64,000 bases of DNA from Mobula hypostoma. Lineage: Eukaryota. Both the position numbers and the translations under genes were made by a program. The stretch spans positions 28,458,001 through 28,522,000 of the forward strand of contig NC_086111.1 in NCBI RefSeq assembly GCF_963921235.1. Direction: 5' to 3'. The notes below the pieces were generated by a model that was given only the letters and a program-made list of their open reading frames with translations, was not told the origin of the DNA and ran no database searches. Within the stretch, counting starts at the first letter, position 1. Each line of letters starts with the position of its first letter. Below, one piece after another: positions 62,625 to 64,000 of the stretch.

Positions 62625-64000
62625 TATGAAGGTAACCTAACCAATAGTATCAAAGAGGACACCAAAGTTTTTCAGATACATAAAGAGTGAAAGAGAGGTA
62701 AGAGTAAATATTGGATCACTAGAAAATGGCACCGGAGGGATAGTAATTGGGGACAAGGAAATGGTGGATGATTTAATAAGTATTTTGCATCCATCTTCAC
62801 TGTGGAAGACATTAGCAGTACAGAGGTTCAAGGGACTCAGGAGGCAGAACTGAGTGCAGTTGCTATTACTAGCAAGAAGGTGCTTGGAAAGCTGAAAGGT
62901 CTGAAGGTAGATAAGTCACCTGGACCAGATGAGCTACACCACAGAGATCTGAAAGGTGTCTGGGGTAGATTATGGAGGCATTGGTAAAGATCTTTCAAGA
63001 ATCACTAGATTCTGGCAAGGTTCGGGGGACTGGAAAACTGCAAATGTCACTTCACTCTTCAAGAAGGGAGCAAGGCAGAAGAAATGAAACTATAGTTCTG
63101 TTAGCCTGACCTCAGTGGTTGGGAAGATGTTGGAGTCAATTGTTAAGGATGAGGTCTCAGGGTACTTGGAGGCAAATGATAAAATAGGCCAAAATCAGCA
63201 TGGCTTCCTCGAGGGAAAATCTTGCCTGACAAATCTGTAGGAATTATTTTGAGAAAATAGCAAGTAGGATGGACAAAGGAGAATTGGTGAATGTTGTGCA
63301 TTCTTATTTTCAGAAAAACTTTGACAAGATGCCACACATAAGGCTGCTCAACAAAATAAGAGCTCATGGTATCCCAGGAAATATGCTAGCATGGATAGAC
63401 CATTGGCTGATTGGCGGAAGGCAAAGTGTGGGAATGAAAGGGAGAATTTTCTGGTTAGCTGCTGGTGTTCCACAGGGCTCGGTGTTGGGACAACTTTTTA
63501 TGTTATATATCAATGATTTGGATGATAGGATTAATGATTTTGTAGTCACGTTTGTGGATGATATGAAGATAGGTGGAGGGGCAGATAGTGTTGAAGAAGC
63601 AGGGAGGCTGAAGAAACACTTAAACAGACTAGCAAAGAAGTGGCAGATGGAATAGAGGGTTGGGAAGTATATAGTCACATACTTTGATAGAAGGAATAAA
63701 AGCATAGACTATTTTCTAAATGGGCAAAAAATCTCTCAGTATTCCGAGGTGCAAAGGGACTTGGGACTCCTTGTGCAGGATTCCCTAAAGGATAACTTGC
63801 AGGTTGAGTCAGTAGTGAGGAAGGCAAATGCAATATTAGAAATCATTTTGAGATGACTAGAATACAAAAGTAAAAATATAATGTTGATGCTTTATAAGGC
63901 ACTAGTGAGGTCTCACTTGAAGTATTGTGAGCAGGTTTGGGACCCTAAGGATATGCTCACATTGGAGAGGGTTCAGAGCAGGTTCACAAGAATGACTCCA
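62625..64000 (+). mobile_element. CR1 ORF2 (RT) remnant running off the window
   Basis: KSPGPDELH, WKTANVTSLFKKG, QHGF..GKSCLTNL, GVPQGSVLG and FVDDMK. Confidence 0.92.

Noticed and set aside
1-64000. CRISPR array, operon or prokaryotic defence system
   Set aside because: No regularly spaced repeats and no dense coding; the content is vertebrate transposable elements.

Overview
Eukaryotic (vertebrate), AT-rich, repeat-dominated intergenic or intronic DNA. No host protein-coding gene can be supported. The repeat set (V-SINE/HE1-like and Deu-domain SINEs, CR1, Rex1/Babar, Penelope, Tx1, fish-type L1) points to a cartilaginous fish, probably a ray (inference). Main contents: (1) a full-length 5.9 kb L1 with a 13-bp TSD, intact ORF1 and an ORF2 broken mainly at homopolymer runs; (2) a heavily decayed minus-strand Gypsy element (~9.8-21.3 kb), largely invisible in the ORF track, into which that L1, two Penelope copies and a CR1 inserted; (3) about 14 Penelope pLTR copies carrying a minimal hammerhead-ribozyme motif, several as solo or fold-back units; (4) two near-identical non-autonomous hAT-like elements with 6-bp TSDs; (5) several MITEs, Tc1 and Tigger remnants, solo LTRs and many CR1/Rex1 fragments; (6) a 190-N assembly gap. 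Family names come from recalled motifs, not database searches, and boundaries of old repeats are approximate. I found no clearly new protein-coding system; the ribozyme-bearing pLTR units and the chimeric or TIR-doublet DNA elements are the best leads.
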